From Eledone cirrhosa (lineage: Eukaryota): DNA of 64,000 bases. Below, in pieces: positions 1 through 13,833 of this stretch; the first letter of the stretch is position 1; every line of letters starts with the position of its first letter. Below the pieces are notes generated by a model. That model saw only the letters and a program-made list of their open reading frames with translations. It was not told where the DNA came from and made no database searches. The position numbers and the translations under genes are program-made. The stretch spans positions 143,468,001 through 143,532,000 of the forward strand of contig OZ024742.1 of NCBI GenBank assembly GCA_964016885.1, in the 5' to 3' direction.

Positions 1-56
1 TCGACTGCTCCAATCTGCATACTGAGGTGTTGGTATACAACCAACATATACTCAAA

Positions 57-583
<527 letters not shown>

Positions 584-994
584 TTCTAACTCTGATACTG
601 GTTCAGTCTAGTTCAACTGAATTGGTCTGTCCCGGTCATTCATTGAGCAACATCGGTGAAGTTGGCACCCTTAACTCGTAGTTGGGTGCGGATGCATTCA
701 TGTATATATGTGTGTGTCCGCATGTATCTGTGTGTTTCTAAATATATTGTTATATATATATATATATATGGTGCCGATTACATGCTGTTCCATTATATTT
801 TCTATATTTTCTCTTGGTGTCCAATCTTTATTAAAAGCTGAAATGAATGCATCAGGAGTGTTCAAAATGTCTCTGTATACAATCATGTCACTTATACCGT
901 AACGCCATCTGGTGGATTTGTATCCATAAAATAGTGTATATTGTTAATCTCAACGTGCTTGTATATATATATATATGGAGACCTGATTTCAATT

Positions 995-1031
<37 letters not shown>

Positions 1032-1099
1032 GACACGCGCGCGCACGCACACGCGCACACACACACAAACACATAAACACACACACAAACACACACATA

Positions 1100-1159
<60 letters not shown>

Positions 1160-1578
1160 GAAGAGCTGGGACCCCGACGGCTGAGTTCTCGCCGTTTCAA
1201 CACCTAGTTTCAGACTGAATCGCAGGTATTTTGGCGGTGGAAATAAAAACTGTAATGGTCAGGAGATTCTGATGTGCAAATATATATATAACGTATATTA
1301 CTTCGCTTTCCACGTTAATGACGTCAATTGCCAATATAGTATTTCGTGAAATCAAAACTAAGATTACCAGGTAACTTTTACTTTTCGTTACCTCATCTTA
1401 CAGTCCATTTAGCATTGTTTAGCATTGTTTAGCCTTCTATCTCTTTCAACCTTATATATTATATACAATGATGAGAATAAGTAAGTGGCATAGTCACTAC
1501 TTGAAAACTCATATCAAATGGTCTTCTAAATGTTGTTAATTAAACATACAGTATAATGCTGAACATATTATACATACA

Positions 1579-1615
<37 letters not shown>

Positions 1616-1886
1616 ATGTATCTGTGTATGTGTGCGCGCGCGCGTGTGTCTGTGTGTGTATATATATATATATATATATAGTATTAAGGATACTATTTAT
1701 GGTTATGTATGTAATAAAACCTTTTATGGTTATATATTTTTTATACAAACCCCAAATAGTGAAAGATAGTCATTAATTACTATCTTATTACCAGTAAGAT
1801 AAATAGCTCAATGTAATAACATCGGTTGTTTTACAGAGCAGTTATATAGAGATTACAATAATCAAAGTTCAGTTTAAATAATTTAT

Positions 1887-1935
1887 TTGCTTACAATTGT
1901 TTCCTCCAAACCGAGGTTTGGATTCTTCGGAGCAA
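1887..1935 (-). ncRNA. Type I hammerhead ribozyme, C4 variant core (CCGAAGA)
   Basis: TTGCT-CCGAAGA-a-TCCAAACC tc GGTTTGGA-g-GAAA-CAATTG-TA-AGCAA: stem I 5 bp, long stem II, palindromic stem III ACAATTGT, GUA site. Confidence 0.75.
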
Positions 1936-2062
1936 CTATTTAGTGATCTATAACATACTTGACCTCCTTTTCAACACAAGAGACATATAAAAACATATCC
2001 CACAGTGGGATGACATCCATCAAAATGATATAGCATGGCAATTTACATATAAAGGTTAAAGG

Positions 2063-2600
2063 ATAAAAATAAAAATAAAAATAAAAATAAAAATAAAAAT
2101 AAAATTAAAAATAAAAATAAAAATAAAAATAAAAATAAAAATAAAAATAAAAATAAAAATATAAAAATAAAAATAAAAATAAAAATAATAAAAATAAAAA
2201 TAAAAATAAAAATAAAAATAAAAATAAAAATAAAAATAAAAATAAAAATAAAAATAAAAATAAAAATAAAAATAAAAATAAAAATAAAAATAAAAAAATA
2301 AAAATAAAAATAAAAATAAAAATAAAAATAAAAATAAAATAAAAATAAAAATAAAAATATAAATAAAAATAAAAATAAAAATAAAAATAAAAATAAAAAT
2401 AAAAATAAAAATAAAAATAAAAAAAATAAAAATAAAAATAAAAATAAAAATAAAAATAAAAATAAAAATAAAAATAAAAATAAAAATAAAAATAAAAATA
2501 AAAATAAAAATAAAAATAAAAATAAAAATAAAAATAAAAATAAAATTAAAAATAAAAATAAAAATAAAAATAAAAATAAAAATAAAAATAAAAATAAAAA
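2063..2600. repeat. (ATAAA)n pentanucleotide array
   Basis: Direct reading; the homologous site in the other arm (4281-4311) has only ~5 units. Confidence 0.98.
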
Positions 2601-3029
2601 TGAAACATTGGCAGTTTATGAAGATAAAGCAAGAGGAAAGTTTAGAGTAGTCAGTGTATGAAACAATCTCACGTGTAGCATGCTCGCGTGTCTTATTTAT
2701 ACAGGATTAGAGTGCGGCAGATTGTTACTTGCAGGGTCAGGCAGTTGAAGCAGGCAATCGATAGTATTATGTGGGCTGAATTGTTAAATCATTTTTTCGC
2801 ATACACCTGTATGATATACAATCCCGAATGTAGAGAAACACCAAAATATCAAAAATATCAAACATATTATATTATAGCGTAGGCAAAACAGTACCACTCA
2901 CATAATCCATGAGACGCAATATATAGACCACGGGTCTATCATAAGTGACTATATATTCTATACGATGAGTACAATGAATTATGCACAGGTGATACATGAG
3001 TTAGGAGTTTCTGTGTTGTTTGATGACCT

Positions 3030-3690
3030 GATTAGTATCTTGTGATGAGAGAACTGGTCCCCGGACCACCCTGGTGATATTTGAATTTACCAGGGATTCA
3101 GTCATACAATGACCCGAAACTTGCCAGGAGTCTTGTATGATAATAAGACCCTTATTAGTAATAAGACCCTTATTAGTAGTGAGACCCATATACGTATAAT
3201 TAATTTTGAAGTCTGACTCTTATTATAGATTGTCCAGGTGTGGCACCCCATATTAGATTGTAATCATCATGATATGAACTCCTTTAGTACTTATTAATAG
3301 ACTCCACTCTAATTTGTAGATAAGAAACCTAATTTAATTTATATATGAGATGGGAGTTTATGTATTGCTTGATGGCCAGACTAGTGTCTTTATATGAGAG
3401 AATTGATCTCCGGACCACCCTGGAGATATTCAAATTTGCCAAGGATTCAGACATACAATGACCCAGAGCTTACCGGGAGTCATATATAATAATAGGACCA
3501 TGCCAGGTCCTGCGGGAGGAATTACACTTACAAAGAACATTGATTTGGGGGTCTGACTCTTCTTATAGAATGTTCAGATATGACACCCCTTAATAGAAGG
3601 TAATCATCCTGATATATACACCTTTAGTACTTCTTAATAGACAACACTGTAACCTATAGATAAGTAACATAATCTAGAAATTAGTTATAA
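3030..3690. repeat. Two diverged tandem copies of a ~355-bp unit
   Basis: ccggaccaccctgg..atatt at ~3061 and ~3410; gtctgactctt.ttataga at ~3211 and ~3551. Confidence 0.8.
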
Positions 3691-4450
3691 CAGCATATGA
3701 TAGGCACTTATTTGAAACACCATTAATGTAATTTAGGATAATAAATTTAACTAAGAAAACCAGCTAGTTACCTCCCCTTACGCATTAACTCCCCTTGGTC
3801 ACACACACACTTCCGGAATATAGTATCATCACACAAAACTAAACAACATGATCTATTAATTAAGAATCGACAAGATATGGTTTATAACTTGGTTATATGC
3901 TGAACCATCGTGGATTATATGATAGACCCGTGGTCTATATATTGCGTCCCATGGATTATGTGAGTGGTGGTGTGCGCGAAGACAGTGGTACTGTTTTGCC
4001 TACGATATAATATAATATGTTTGATATTTTTAATATTTTGGTGTTTCTCTACATTCGGGATTGTATATCATACAGGTGTAAGCGAAAAAATGATTTAACA
4101 ATTCAGCCCACATAATACTATCGATTGCCTGCTTCAACTGCCTGACCCTGCAAGTAACAATCTGCCGCACTCTAATCCTGTATAAATAAGACACGCGTAC
4201 ATGCTACACGTGAGATTGTTTCATACACTGACTATTCTAAACTTTCCTCTTGCTTTATCTTCATAAACTGCCAATGTTTCATTTTTATTTTTATTTTTAT
4301 TTTTATTTTTATCCTTTAACCTTTATATGTAAATTGCCATGCTATATCATTTTGATGGATGTCATCCCACTGTGGGTCAATATATGCATATGTTTTTATA
4401 TGTCTCTTGTGTTGAAAAGGAGGTCAAGTATGTTATAGATCACTAAATAG

Positions 4451-4499
4451 TTGCTCCGAAGAATCCAAACCTCGGTTTGGAGGAAACAATTGTAAGCAA
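4451..4499 (+). ncRNA. Type I hammerhead ribozyme, C4 variant core (mirror of 1887-1935)
   Basis: ttgct CCGAAGA atccaaacctcggtttggag GAAA caattg TA agcaa. Confidence 0.75.
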
Positions 4500-4530
4500 A
4501 TAAATGATTTAAACTGAACTTTGATTATTG

Positions 4531-4601
<71 letters not shown>

Positions 4602-4724
4602 CACAAACGTAAACGGAGAAAACAGCACAAACAACAAGGTAAATGAAGAAATATATTAGTTTAACTCTTGATAGAATAGGACAGAATTCTTTACGTTTCG
4701 GACAATACGTATGTATGTATGTAT

Positions 4725-6925
4725 GTTCTTCTGGTTTTATAATTTCACAATTTTTTGCCAATAAAGAGAGAGTCGGTTTCTAAATTAGATACAAGACTCA
4801 CTCATTGGAATTTACACAACATCAACTAGGTAGATTATGTATGCATGCATGTGTAGATATGGATGTTATTGTATGTGTGGATGTGGATGTTTTGAGTTGT
4901 ATGTGTACATGTGTATATGCTTTGTATCTGTATATGTGCATACGCAGTTATTAGATGCAACATTTTTGGAATATTTTACATATTTTTACTGTTCTATTAA
5001 TGGATTGTACTTGTAATTTCATAAGTAGTTGTGTTCTCTCTGTGTTTCTGTGAAGCGTAGCTTCTCAAGATTTGTATTGAGGCAGTTACTAACATACCCC
5101 AGTGCCCCAATAATCACAGGCATAAATCTGAAGGTGTAATCAGGGTGGAGTATCTGCAGATTTCTCATCAGTTCTGCATAAATATTCTCCTTTTCGCTAA
5201 TCTTTGATATTATATTGGCATCTGCTGGGCAGCTAATTTCCACTACTGTGCATGCTTTCTTCTCCCTGTCCCATATCATAATATCTGGTCTGTTATGCCT
5301 GCATTTTATTGGGGTTTTTACTGGAACATTCCACCAGTACTCTTTCATATTATGTACGTGGATGTCTTCCACATTGCTGTAGCTTTTAATATGTTTATTA
5401 TCAGGGCTATCTTTTTTACGGACTGCATTGTACAGTGTTTTGGCCACTACATCATGCCTCATAGGTAGATAGTACCGCGATGACATCTTTTGACAGTTGC
5501 TGATGACATGGGTGATATCCTCGATGTTAGTTCTGCAGAGTCTGCACTTGTTATCACATCTAGGTGTTTTGCCTACATCCCTATCTCTTTTGTGAATCAG
5601 GTATTCCGTGTTGATTTCCTGTTCTTGGATTGCAAAAGCGTATCCTTCAAAGTGGGAGCCAATATAGCGGTTGTTGATCCAAGATAGACTACTTTCCTTA
5701 TCTATATTACTCTCACTCTGGAGCTTCCTGACAACATATCCATGCATGATTTTTTGCTGATAAGTATGCAGTCTTTCATCTATGGATTCACTGCGATACT
5801 GCTGAGTGACTTCCCTGGGTGTGAGCTTTTGATTATCACACAGGGAATATCTCTGGAGGAGTTCCTTCCCAACTCTCATGATCTTATCTGTTTCATGCAG
5901 ATAGACTTGCTCGAGAGACGGCCTCCTACGCTTCGAGGTTCGTAGATTTTGTCGGAGAGATATGATGCGACATTCAAATGCTACCTGGACTGGTGTTAGG
6001 CCTCTGCCTCCATGCTTCTCATCAGACATCGGTGAAACAGTTAGGCCATTGATAACAATGTTGCTAGATTGGGTTGTTGTTTTTCCCCACTTTACAGTCA
6101 TGTATGAGCATTTATCTTGGCCAAGCTCCATTCCTATATCCTTTGAGAACGTTGTAACCAGGTCAAGATTTTTCTTCATCCCATTCATGTGCTTGGCATA
6201 GAGTATCAGATCGTCCACAAATAAATTATGGGTTAGGTTCGTATTTCTGTCCTCCTGTGAGCCAATGATGTATCCCTCACATTTCTTGAGCAGAAAGGAC
6301 AAGGGGTTTAATGAATGACAAGATGAATAATATCTCAGAGAGACTGTCTCCCTGAAATATACCCCTGCGATATTTTATTTTATCAGTGAAAATAGAGTCC
6401 TCCCTCTTTGTCTTTAACCTTAGGATAGTAGCCCAAGCAGAAGAGAGCTTCTCTATGGCTCTGACAATAATGTCTGGGACTTAAGCAAGTTGGAGGGCCT
6501 CTATCATCCTGTAGTCTAGCCAGACTGTAGCCATATTCCTCCTAAGTTATTGCACCTCCGACAACGCAGTTTTGTTGATTGGGAGTTGTTCAGCACATCC
6601 CCAAACTCCTTTCTTTCCAGCTACTTGTTCATCTGTGATGATGTTATTATTTTCACAGTGATCTTGGAGGAATAGGTTCAGGCAGGCTGTATACATCTTA
6701 TACATCAGGTTCTGGTATGCAATGGGTCGGTAGTTTTTGCCAAGTGGGTATCTTTGTTCTTGGGGACCAGTAATGTTTGTGCTAATGTCAACCATTCTGG
6801 TATAAGTGTATCTCCCTTAAGAACTTGTTGGTAGAGGTCAGTAAGATACCTCCGATAGAATATCAGTTTTTTTCTACCAGTAGCCGACAATCATGTCTCT
6901 TCCTGGTGTTTTCTTATCTTGGAGT
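4725..6925 (-). mobile_element. R4/Dong-like non-LTR retrotransposon (RT + CCHC + restriction-like endonuclease), decayed and internally deleted, with a (CATA)n 3' tail
   Basis: NYRPI, HNLFVDDL, CRLC..HVISNC, RPDIMIWD..VEISCP, PVIIGALG motifs in ORFs 6547-6890 and 5019-6302; 3' end runs into catacatacatac at 4708-4724. Confidence 0.85.
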
Positions 6926-7009
6926 TTTCCTATCACAGTCACAAAGGTACCCTCATTTATTTCGTATGTTTTTGTTGTAGTGTAAGAGCAATAGTTCTTT
7001 CGGATTTTT

Positions 7010-7026
7010 GTATGTATGTATGTATG

Positions 7027-7060
<34 letters not shown>

Positions 7061-7570
7061 TGTATGTATGTATGTATGTATGTATGTCATCTCTCCTTTG
7101 TGAAGGCAGAATTCTAGGAGAAGGAAAACTCTGATATAACACCTGCAACCCTGATGGTATCCAATGATGTTGACTTGTTCTTCTTTTTGGTAAATATCAT
7201 CTTGGTTAAGAGAGTGGGACTGGCTTTGTGCAGTGCCTTTGCTCACTATAAAAGCTTCACGGCACAGGCATTGCTTTATATATGTTCATCTCTCTGCACT
7301 TGTCGTCACATGGTACCATGGGCCCAGCACTATGTGTCAATAATTGTCACAAGTGTAGTCTTTGTACCAGAGTTTTCAAGTCGCTGCTGGACTAAAAAGT
7401 CACACTCGTTCAGCGCATCGGTAGGGGTTCTCCTACACGGATATAAAGTAGTGGCCGAACTCGAAAACGAGTTGGCAGCCACCATGTATGTATGTATGTA
7501 TGTATGTATGTATGTATGTATGTATGTATGTATGTATGTATGTATGCATGTATGTATGTATTTATGTATG
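7010..7570. repeat. Two (ATGT)n tracts (7010-7086, 7483-7570) flanking a unique 396-bp segment
   Basis: Direct reading. Confidence 0.9.
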
Positions 7571-8044
7571 CATATAGTTGAATATATTAAAGGGAGGGGT
7601 CGCCAATGGCGATGATTTGGATAAGTAATGATATACTGAATGTTACACACTATAAATTCGTAATATTTCAACATTTTTGCACGAGCGGGAAATGGAAAGC
7701 AAAAATCTGAAGGAAATTATTGGTGAATCTCAATGCGAGGGAATATATATATATATATGTATTTGAGCTCAGAAGAAAATTCTCTATTCCTCTTTGAGCT
7801 AATATTATTATTATTACTGTGAACTGCGGAATACTCTTAATTCTGATCCCCGTATACTTAACGAGCTCCAAATTGTTGAGCTAATAAATTCGAATGATTG
7901 GGTTGCTCTCTCTAGCATTTTCCCCAATCCATGAGAGCCGTTATTTGATGCAAATAACACGTAATTTCACCCTACTCTGGGCAGCGTGCATATTAGCTTT
8001 CTCTCTATCCATGAGGTTAGATGTGTCGTGAAAAGCATCCACAT

Positions 8045-8117
8045 TTGCTGACTGAGGATCCTGTGGCTATTAAACTGCACATTTCTGTGGTGAAACGAAC
8101 TAGATTCGTATCAGCAA
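8045..8117 (+). ncRNA. Canonical-core type I hammerhead ribozyme
   Basis: TTGCTGA-CTGAGGA-(33 nt, tgtg/caca hairpin)-GAAA-CGAA ctaga TTCG-TA-TCAGCAA: 7-bp stem I, 5-bp stem III, GUA site. Confidence 0.8.
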
Positions 8118-8307
8118 ACTTATAGTTATAAGGTTGGTAATTTAAAACTCTACTTCAGAGATCTGATTCTGACTTAGTTTTTTTCTATTTAATTGCTAAA
8201 CCTGTAGATATTGTTCTCTATACAGTAACGGTAAAACTCACTTGTAATAATTCTTTACACACATCTCACTGTGTAACACACTTCTCTTTGTGTAATATAT
8301 TTATATT

Positions 8308-8390
<83 letters not shown>

Positions 8391-8571
8391 TGCCTAAAGG
8401 CATGACTTGTCTTTACCTGTTTTGTTATGTCCCAATGTGTACTGGAATGAATGGCATCGACCTTAATGCAACGAAACTGTAGCGATTCCAAGAGGTTGAC
8501 TGAGGAAATGGGACTGTCCGTCTTTATATTGTTTTTCCCATTGTCTTTGTCCTGTGCGCTCCCTAATTTGA

Positions 8572-8641
<70 letters not shown>

Positions 8642-9194
8642 GGCAAAAAGGAGCAGAGAAAAAAAAAAGCACATCGACAGTAAAACGAACATAGATCATG
8701 AAAAAGGAAGCCAGTAACCTTCCATCATCAGCTATCCATTGTCGGATATTATCGTAGTTCCGGCGATTATGGATAGTACTGCATAATCATGACGCGTGCT
8801 GCAGTAATAAAATGTAACACTGCTCCGGATATAAACAACACTCACATGTAATGAGAACAATAAATAATACTTTTTGGGGTGAAAAAGTCGTCGAAAAAAC
8901 GCAAGTAAATCATAGACGGATATATAAACATAGAATTAATAATTATGTATCTATATTAGTGGTTAGACTGCAGGTGATTAAAAAAAACTAGTATGTAATA
9001 AAGTGGCTGTGGAAAAATTATAGTGTCTTCAAAGAAGGGGTATAGAAAAGGAAAACAGGTCGGGTGGTGTGATGTCTATTATGTGATAGTTAAAAAAAGC
9101 CTGCATATATATATATTAGCGTTCTTATATATTTGATATTTATTTATCCTTATCGAGCCCTCTTTGGATTTTATTCTTCAAATTTATTATTATT

Positions 9195-9235
<41 letters not shown>

Positions 9236-9237
<2 letters not shown>

Positions 9238-12051
9238 CGAGATGATGACGAGACAGAGGCACAGTTCACCATAGCTAGAAATGAGATTAGACAAATAGTA
9301 GACTGGTATACTAAGAGACAGAGCAGACCAGAGGTCCAACAACTTGGGAGGAAACCTGTAGAAGGCTTGGTTAGCCTCAAGCAGTGCACAAGGGATGGTG
9401 AGGTGGTAGTTTGTCTACCCACGGATAAGTCTGGTAGGATGTCAATAGACAGCATGCCGAACTACATCAAGGCTATGCAACCCCACATCACCAACACGAG
9501 CGAAATTGCACAGCAAATACATGATGGGAGAGAGAAAATCCTCAACGCTCACATGATGATGTGGATCGACATCCTAAACCAAGCAGACGCACTGCCAACA
9601 ACTTCCAGGCGTCTAACAATGGCATACCACCCTTGTATGGGCTCCTCAAAGACCACAAGACAGTCGACGACCCGACAACAGGACCACCAACAAGACCTGT
9701 ATGCGGAGCAAATATAGCTAGCAACAACAGGATCTCCTACTTCCTCTCAATGGTTATACACCCCATAATCAAGATGTCCCCAGATGTATGTGACAGTACA
9801 GAGGACCTCCTCAGCAGAATCAGTGAGTGCAACAAAAACAGGAACCTATCCAACTGCATAATAGGCAGTATGGATGTGGTGTCACTGTACCCATCCATTA
9901 ACATTGATTTTGCTGTGGAAAAATGTGTGGCGATGATCATTGAGAGTGAGATGGAGTTCTGCGACGTCAACACAGACGCACTGGGCCTCCTACTTAGACT
10001 TACCTATGACACTGACTACCTAGACAGCCATGACCTTAGACGTTTCTGCCCCAGTAGACCCATAAGAGGTAGACCCCCTCCCCAACCATAACCTCAATGT
10101 CAACAAAGACTCCCATGGGAAGGTGGATTGGGTGGACGAAAGCTATACGGACCACCAAAACAAATATCAGGTAAGAAAAATGGTCGCACATGCAATAGGG
10201 GCTAGTATCAAAACTACCCTAAAGGGCCACATATTCAAGTTCAACGAGAAGATCTACACCCAAAATGAGGGAGCAGCCATTGGCGTCAGCATAGCTGGTG
10301 ACGTTGCCAACCTTTTTATGGTATGGTGGGTGGGAAAGGAGACTCAAAGATCTCCTTGATGAGAGCTCCATAGACCTAATCATGTACTCTCGTTACGTAG
10401 ACGACATCAATATAGTAATAAGGTCATCCCCACAAGAGAGCACTAACAAGTTTGATTTAGAACGTAGCACAATGGAAAGCATCCAGCAGATAGCTAATTC
10501 CATACACCAGAGTATAACTGTAACTATCGACTACCCTTCCAAACACATTAACAATAGACTACCTGTATTAGACACGGAACTCTGGATTAACATTATAGAT
10601 GAGAGAGCCCAAATTCTCCACTCACACTATGCTAAACCCATGGCCTCCAAATACCTGATACTCAAAAACTCAGCAATGTCCAGTAGTGCTAAGTTTAATA
10701 TTCTGATCGCAGACTTGGTACGAGTGAAGAAGAACGTGTCCCGCATGTGCGACCTAACAGAAATGGAAAGACACATTCAACACTTCATCAACCGCATGCA
10801 GTTCTCTGGCTACAACCAAAGAGACAGAATCAGAGTATACGAAGGAGCCATGGAGAAGTATAAGACCCTCATAGAACTGGACATGAAAGGAATCTGCCCA
10901 TTATACAGGAGAAAATCATGGAATAGCTTAGATAGGACTAGACATAAGATAGGGAAAGCCACTTCATGGTACGACAACCAGAGACACCAGAGTGTCATGT
11001 TTGTGGACGCTACGCCTGGAGGGAAATTAGCTAACCAGTGTAGAAAGGCCCTGAGAAAGACCCACTTAAAGATTAAGGTGGTAGAAAAGCCAGGAACCAC
11101 CATAAAATCCCTGATCAGCAAAACCTACCCTTTTAAGAAAACCCACTGTACTAATAGGAAATGCATCATATGTAAAGTAAACCCCCGGATAAACTGTAAA
11201 ACTAGAAACGTAGTTAATATATGTACATATTGTACATAATATGTACAGAGGGTACTTGCAGAAACATGACAACAACATACATAGGCGAGACAGCTCGTGG
11301 CATAGGTGAAAGGATAGACCAACACTGGGGGGAACTAAAAGGACGAAAAAAACGGTTCAGTACTATACGAACATGCCAGACAACAACACAACCGTAACAT
11401 AGACAACATAGAAATTAGAATAATATCTAAACATAGAAATGACCCAGCAGATAGGCAAATCAGAGAGGCCAGCGAAATAAAACTTAGAAGGCCAAGGCTA
11501 AACAGAAAAAAATGAATGGAATAACAACACCCAAACAAACAACACTGACCTAAGAGAAGTATATATAAATAAATAAATAAATACATACACAAGCACAATA
11601 ACAACAAACACATATAAACACACACTAGTAAACTAAGATAGAATACATTAACCAATACACAGTCACCCAAACACGAACACACACCAAACAAAACACTACA
11701 CACACACGCAAACGCATGCGCAGAGAAGACAAAAAATAAACAAATAAATAAATAAATAAACAGACCAAATAAAGATGGCGTGGGCATACAATGCAACGGG
11801 GGGAAACATAATAGCACCACTGACGATGTTGTAGATGTGCAACAAAAGAACTTTGTTAGACTATATATATGTGTTTGTGTCTATAGTGTATCTGTATTTT
11901 TGACCGTTGGTCAGTCAATAGTAACATTCAGGACCGAATAAATTAAATTAACCGATATAAAAGACACAGAAGCGAAAACCAACCAAACAGCGAGTGTGTT
12001 CTGTTATTAATTCTGGCAATATTATTACACAAATATGACCCTCCCCAAGTA

Positions 12052-12056
<5 letters not shown>
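9236..12056 (+). mobile_element. Penelope-like element (RT + Cys linker + C-terminal GIY-YIG), 5'-truncated and frameshifted, with 3' pLTR; flanked by (AT)n
   Basis: TDKSG, GSMDVVSLYPSI, GAAIG..AGDVANLFM, YSRYVDDI, LPVLD, C..KC.IC..C..RNVV, then TYIGETARGIGERIDQH near 11275-11330; pLTR ~11515-12056 matches 18414-18960. Confidence 0.9.
11818..11855 (+). ncRNA. pLTR minimal hammerhead, probably inactivated (G12>A)
   Basis: CTGACGA t GTTG tagatgtg CAAC AAAA GAAC TT; the sister copy at 18616-18653 keeps GAAA. Confidence 0.55.
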
Positions 12057-12404
<348 letters not shown>

Positions 12405-12714
12405 TATCCATGGTAAGTTGTGGGGTCTATTCTCCATGAAGAACTCAATGTAATCCATATGTTGAAAATGTTGTACGTTAAAATAAATCCCGGAAAACAA
12501 TAAAACATTAAAAGGAAAACAGAGTCATGATATAAGTTAAAACAGCTGGTGATATGCATGTAAGTAAATATTCTCTTTATCTGATATTTTGTAACTAACC
12601 TTACATAGATCAATAACGAAGTATAGCTACAAGGTATTATGATCACCTAGAAACGATCGTAAAGCAGAGAAGTATATCTCTTATGACTTGATTTTTTATT
12701 TCATTGTTTTAACT

Positions 12715-12749
<35 letters not shown>

Positions 12750-13206
12750 GTATGTGTACGTGTGTGTATAAATAAATCATATTCCATCACCTTTTTACCT
12801 TTTTCAAAGGAAATAATACACATGACGACATTGGGACTTAGTTTGAAAGTAGTTTATTTCTACATTTCTACTCGAATTAGAAAACAAGCGATGGATAATT
12901 ATTAATTCATCTGTTTGTTAGCAATGTAATATACCAGTATTTGCAGCAGTTCTATAACATGACAGAACAATTTATAGCTAGAATGCTATACCTAATTTTC
13001 ATTTCAAGTACTGTCAGCAGGTAAAAACTTAGAACATCTTAGACATCTGCCACCAAATACAATACATCCATTATTACTATTATAATATTCGATTAAACTG
13101 TTTCTATTTTTCATGACATTGAAAATAATGTGCTCATTATATTAATGGCGGCTATTTTACATTATTTATAATAGCCACCAGAGAAAACGTACACAGTATG
13201 CTAATA

Positions 13207-13833
13207 TACGGGGGTGGGCTGAAAAGTTCATAGGCTGACTATGAAGGAGTGATACTTGAGTTGTGAAATCTTGCATGCATTAATTTCAACTCTTCTTAAT
13301 AACTCTGTATTGTTTCTTTCCGGGAAAACTGACATGAGGCTGAAATCTTCAAAATTAATTAGTAGCGATTTCTGTTGAAACTCGACAAAATGTGGCATCG
13401 TGGGGTTATCAAGTACCATCAGGAAAAGGGTTTAGTCCACAAGGACATTAATTGTTTCTACTTTAGGCACAAGGCCAGCAATTACCCAGTGCATTACTGG
13501 TACTTTATTTTATCGACCCCGTAAGGATGAAAGGCAAAGTCAACCTCGGCGGGACTTGAACTCAGATCGTAAAGGGACGTAACTATGCTGGAAAGCATGG
13601 CGTCCGACCCTCTACCGATACTGCCAATCCAAGGACATTAATGCTAACAAGGTTGCTACATTAGGGGTTGGCACTCCAGGTTTATCACCAGTGCAAAAGA
13701 GAGCAACTAAATTTAGGAGGGGAAGAGAGAATGTTGAACTTGGCCCAAGGTCTGGACCACCACCGAGGAAAACATTGATCGTGTTCTAAACATGGTGATG
13801 GATAAGAAGTCATTGGTTATAAATCAAATAGCC
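13207..13833 (+). mobile_element. Mariner transposon 5' remnant (TIR + transposase N-terminus) interrupted by a SINE
   Basis: TA-CGGGGGTGGGCTGAAAAGTTC TIR-like start; after removing the SINE it reads DKMWHRGVIKY..KG..KDI..VATLG..FRRGRE..PRSG..EENIDRV. Confidence 0.8.
13453..13630 (-). mobile_element. tRNA-derived SINE with TSD aaggacattaat
   Basis: A box TGGCAGTATCGG, B box GAGTTCAAGTCC; duplication at 13441-13452 and 13631-13642. Confidence 0.9.

Larger units (their letters stand above)
1848..4538. mobile_element. Fold-back non-autonomous element, probably Penelope-like-derived; arms 1848-2943 and 3918-4538
   Basis: Arms are near-perfect reverse complements apart from an (ATAAA)n expansion in the left arm and a ~21-bp indel at an AGTGGT microhomology; each arm carries a terminal HHR. 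Confidence 0.8.

Noticed and set aside
7380-7482. HDV-like ribozyme at the putative R4 5' end
   Set aside because: P1-like and P2-like pairings exist (ACTCGTT/AACGAGT), but there is no P3/L3 or GG for P1.1
8440-8550. Two further HHR-like pieces
   Set aside because: One lacks the CUGANGA core, the other lacks GAAA; too decayed to call
11130-11280. Selenoprotein-type Penelope (UGA at conserved cysteines, as in some Naiad elements)
   Set aside because: The linker cysteines are TGT/TGC and no SECIS was recognised
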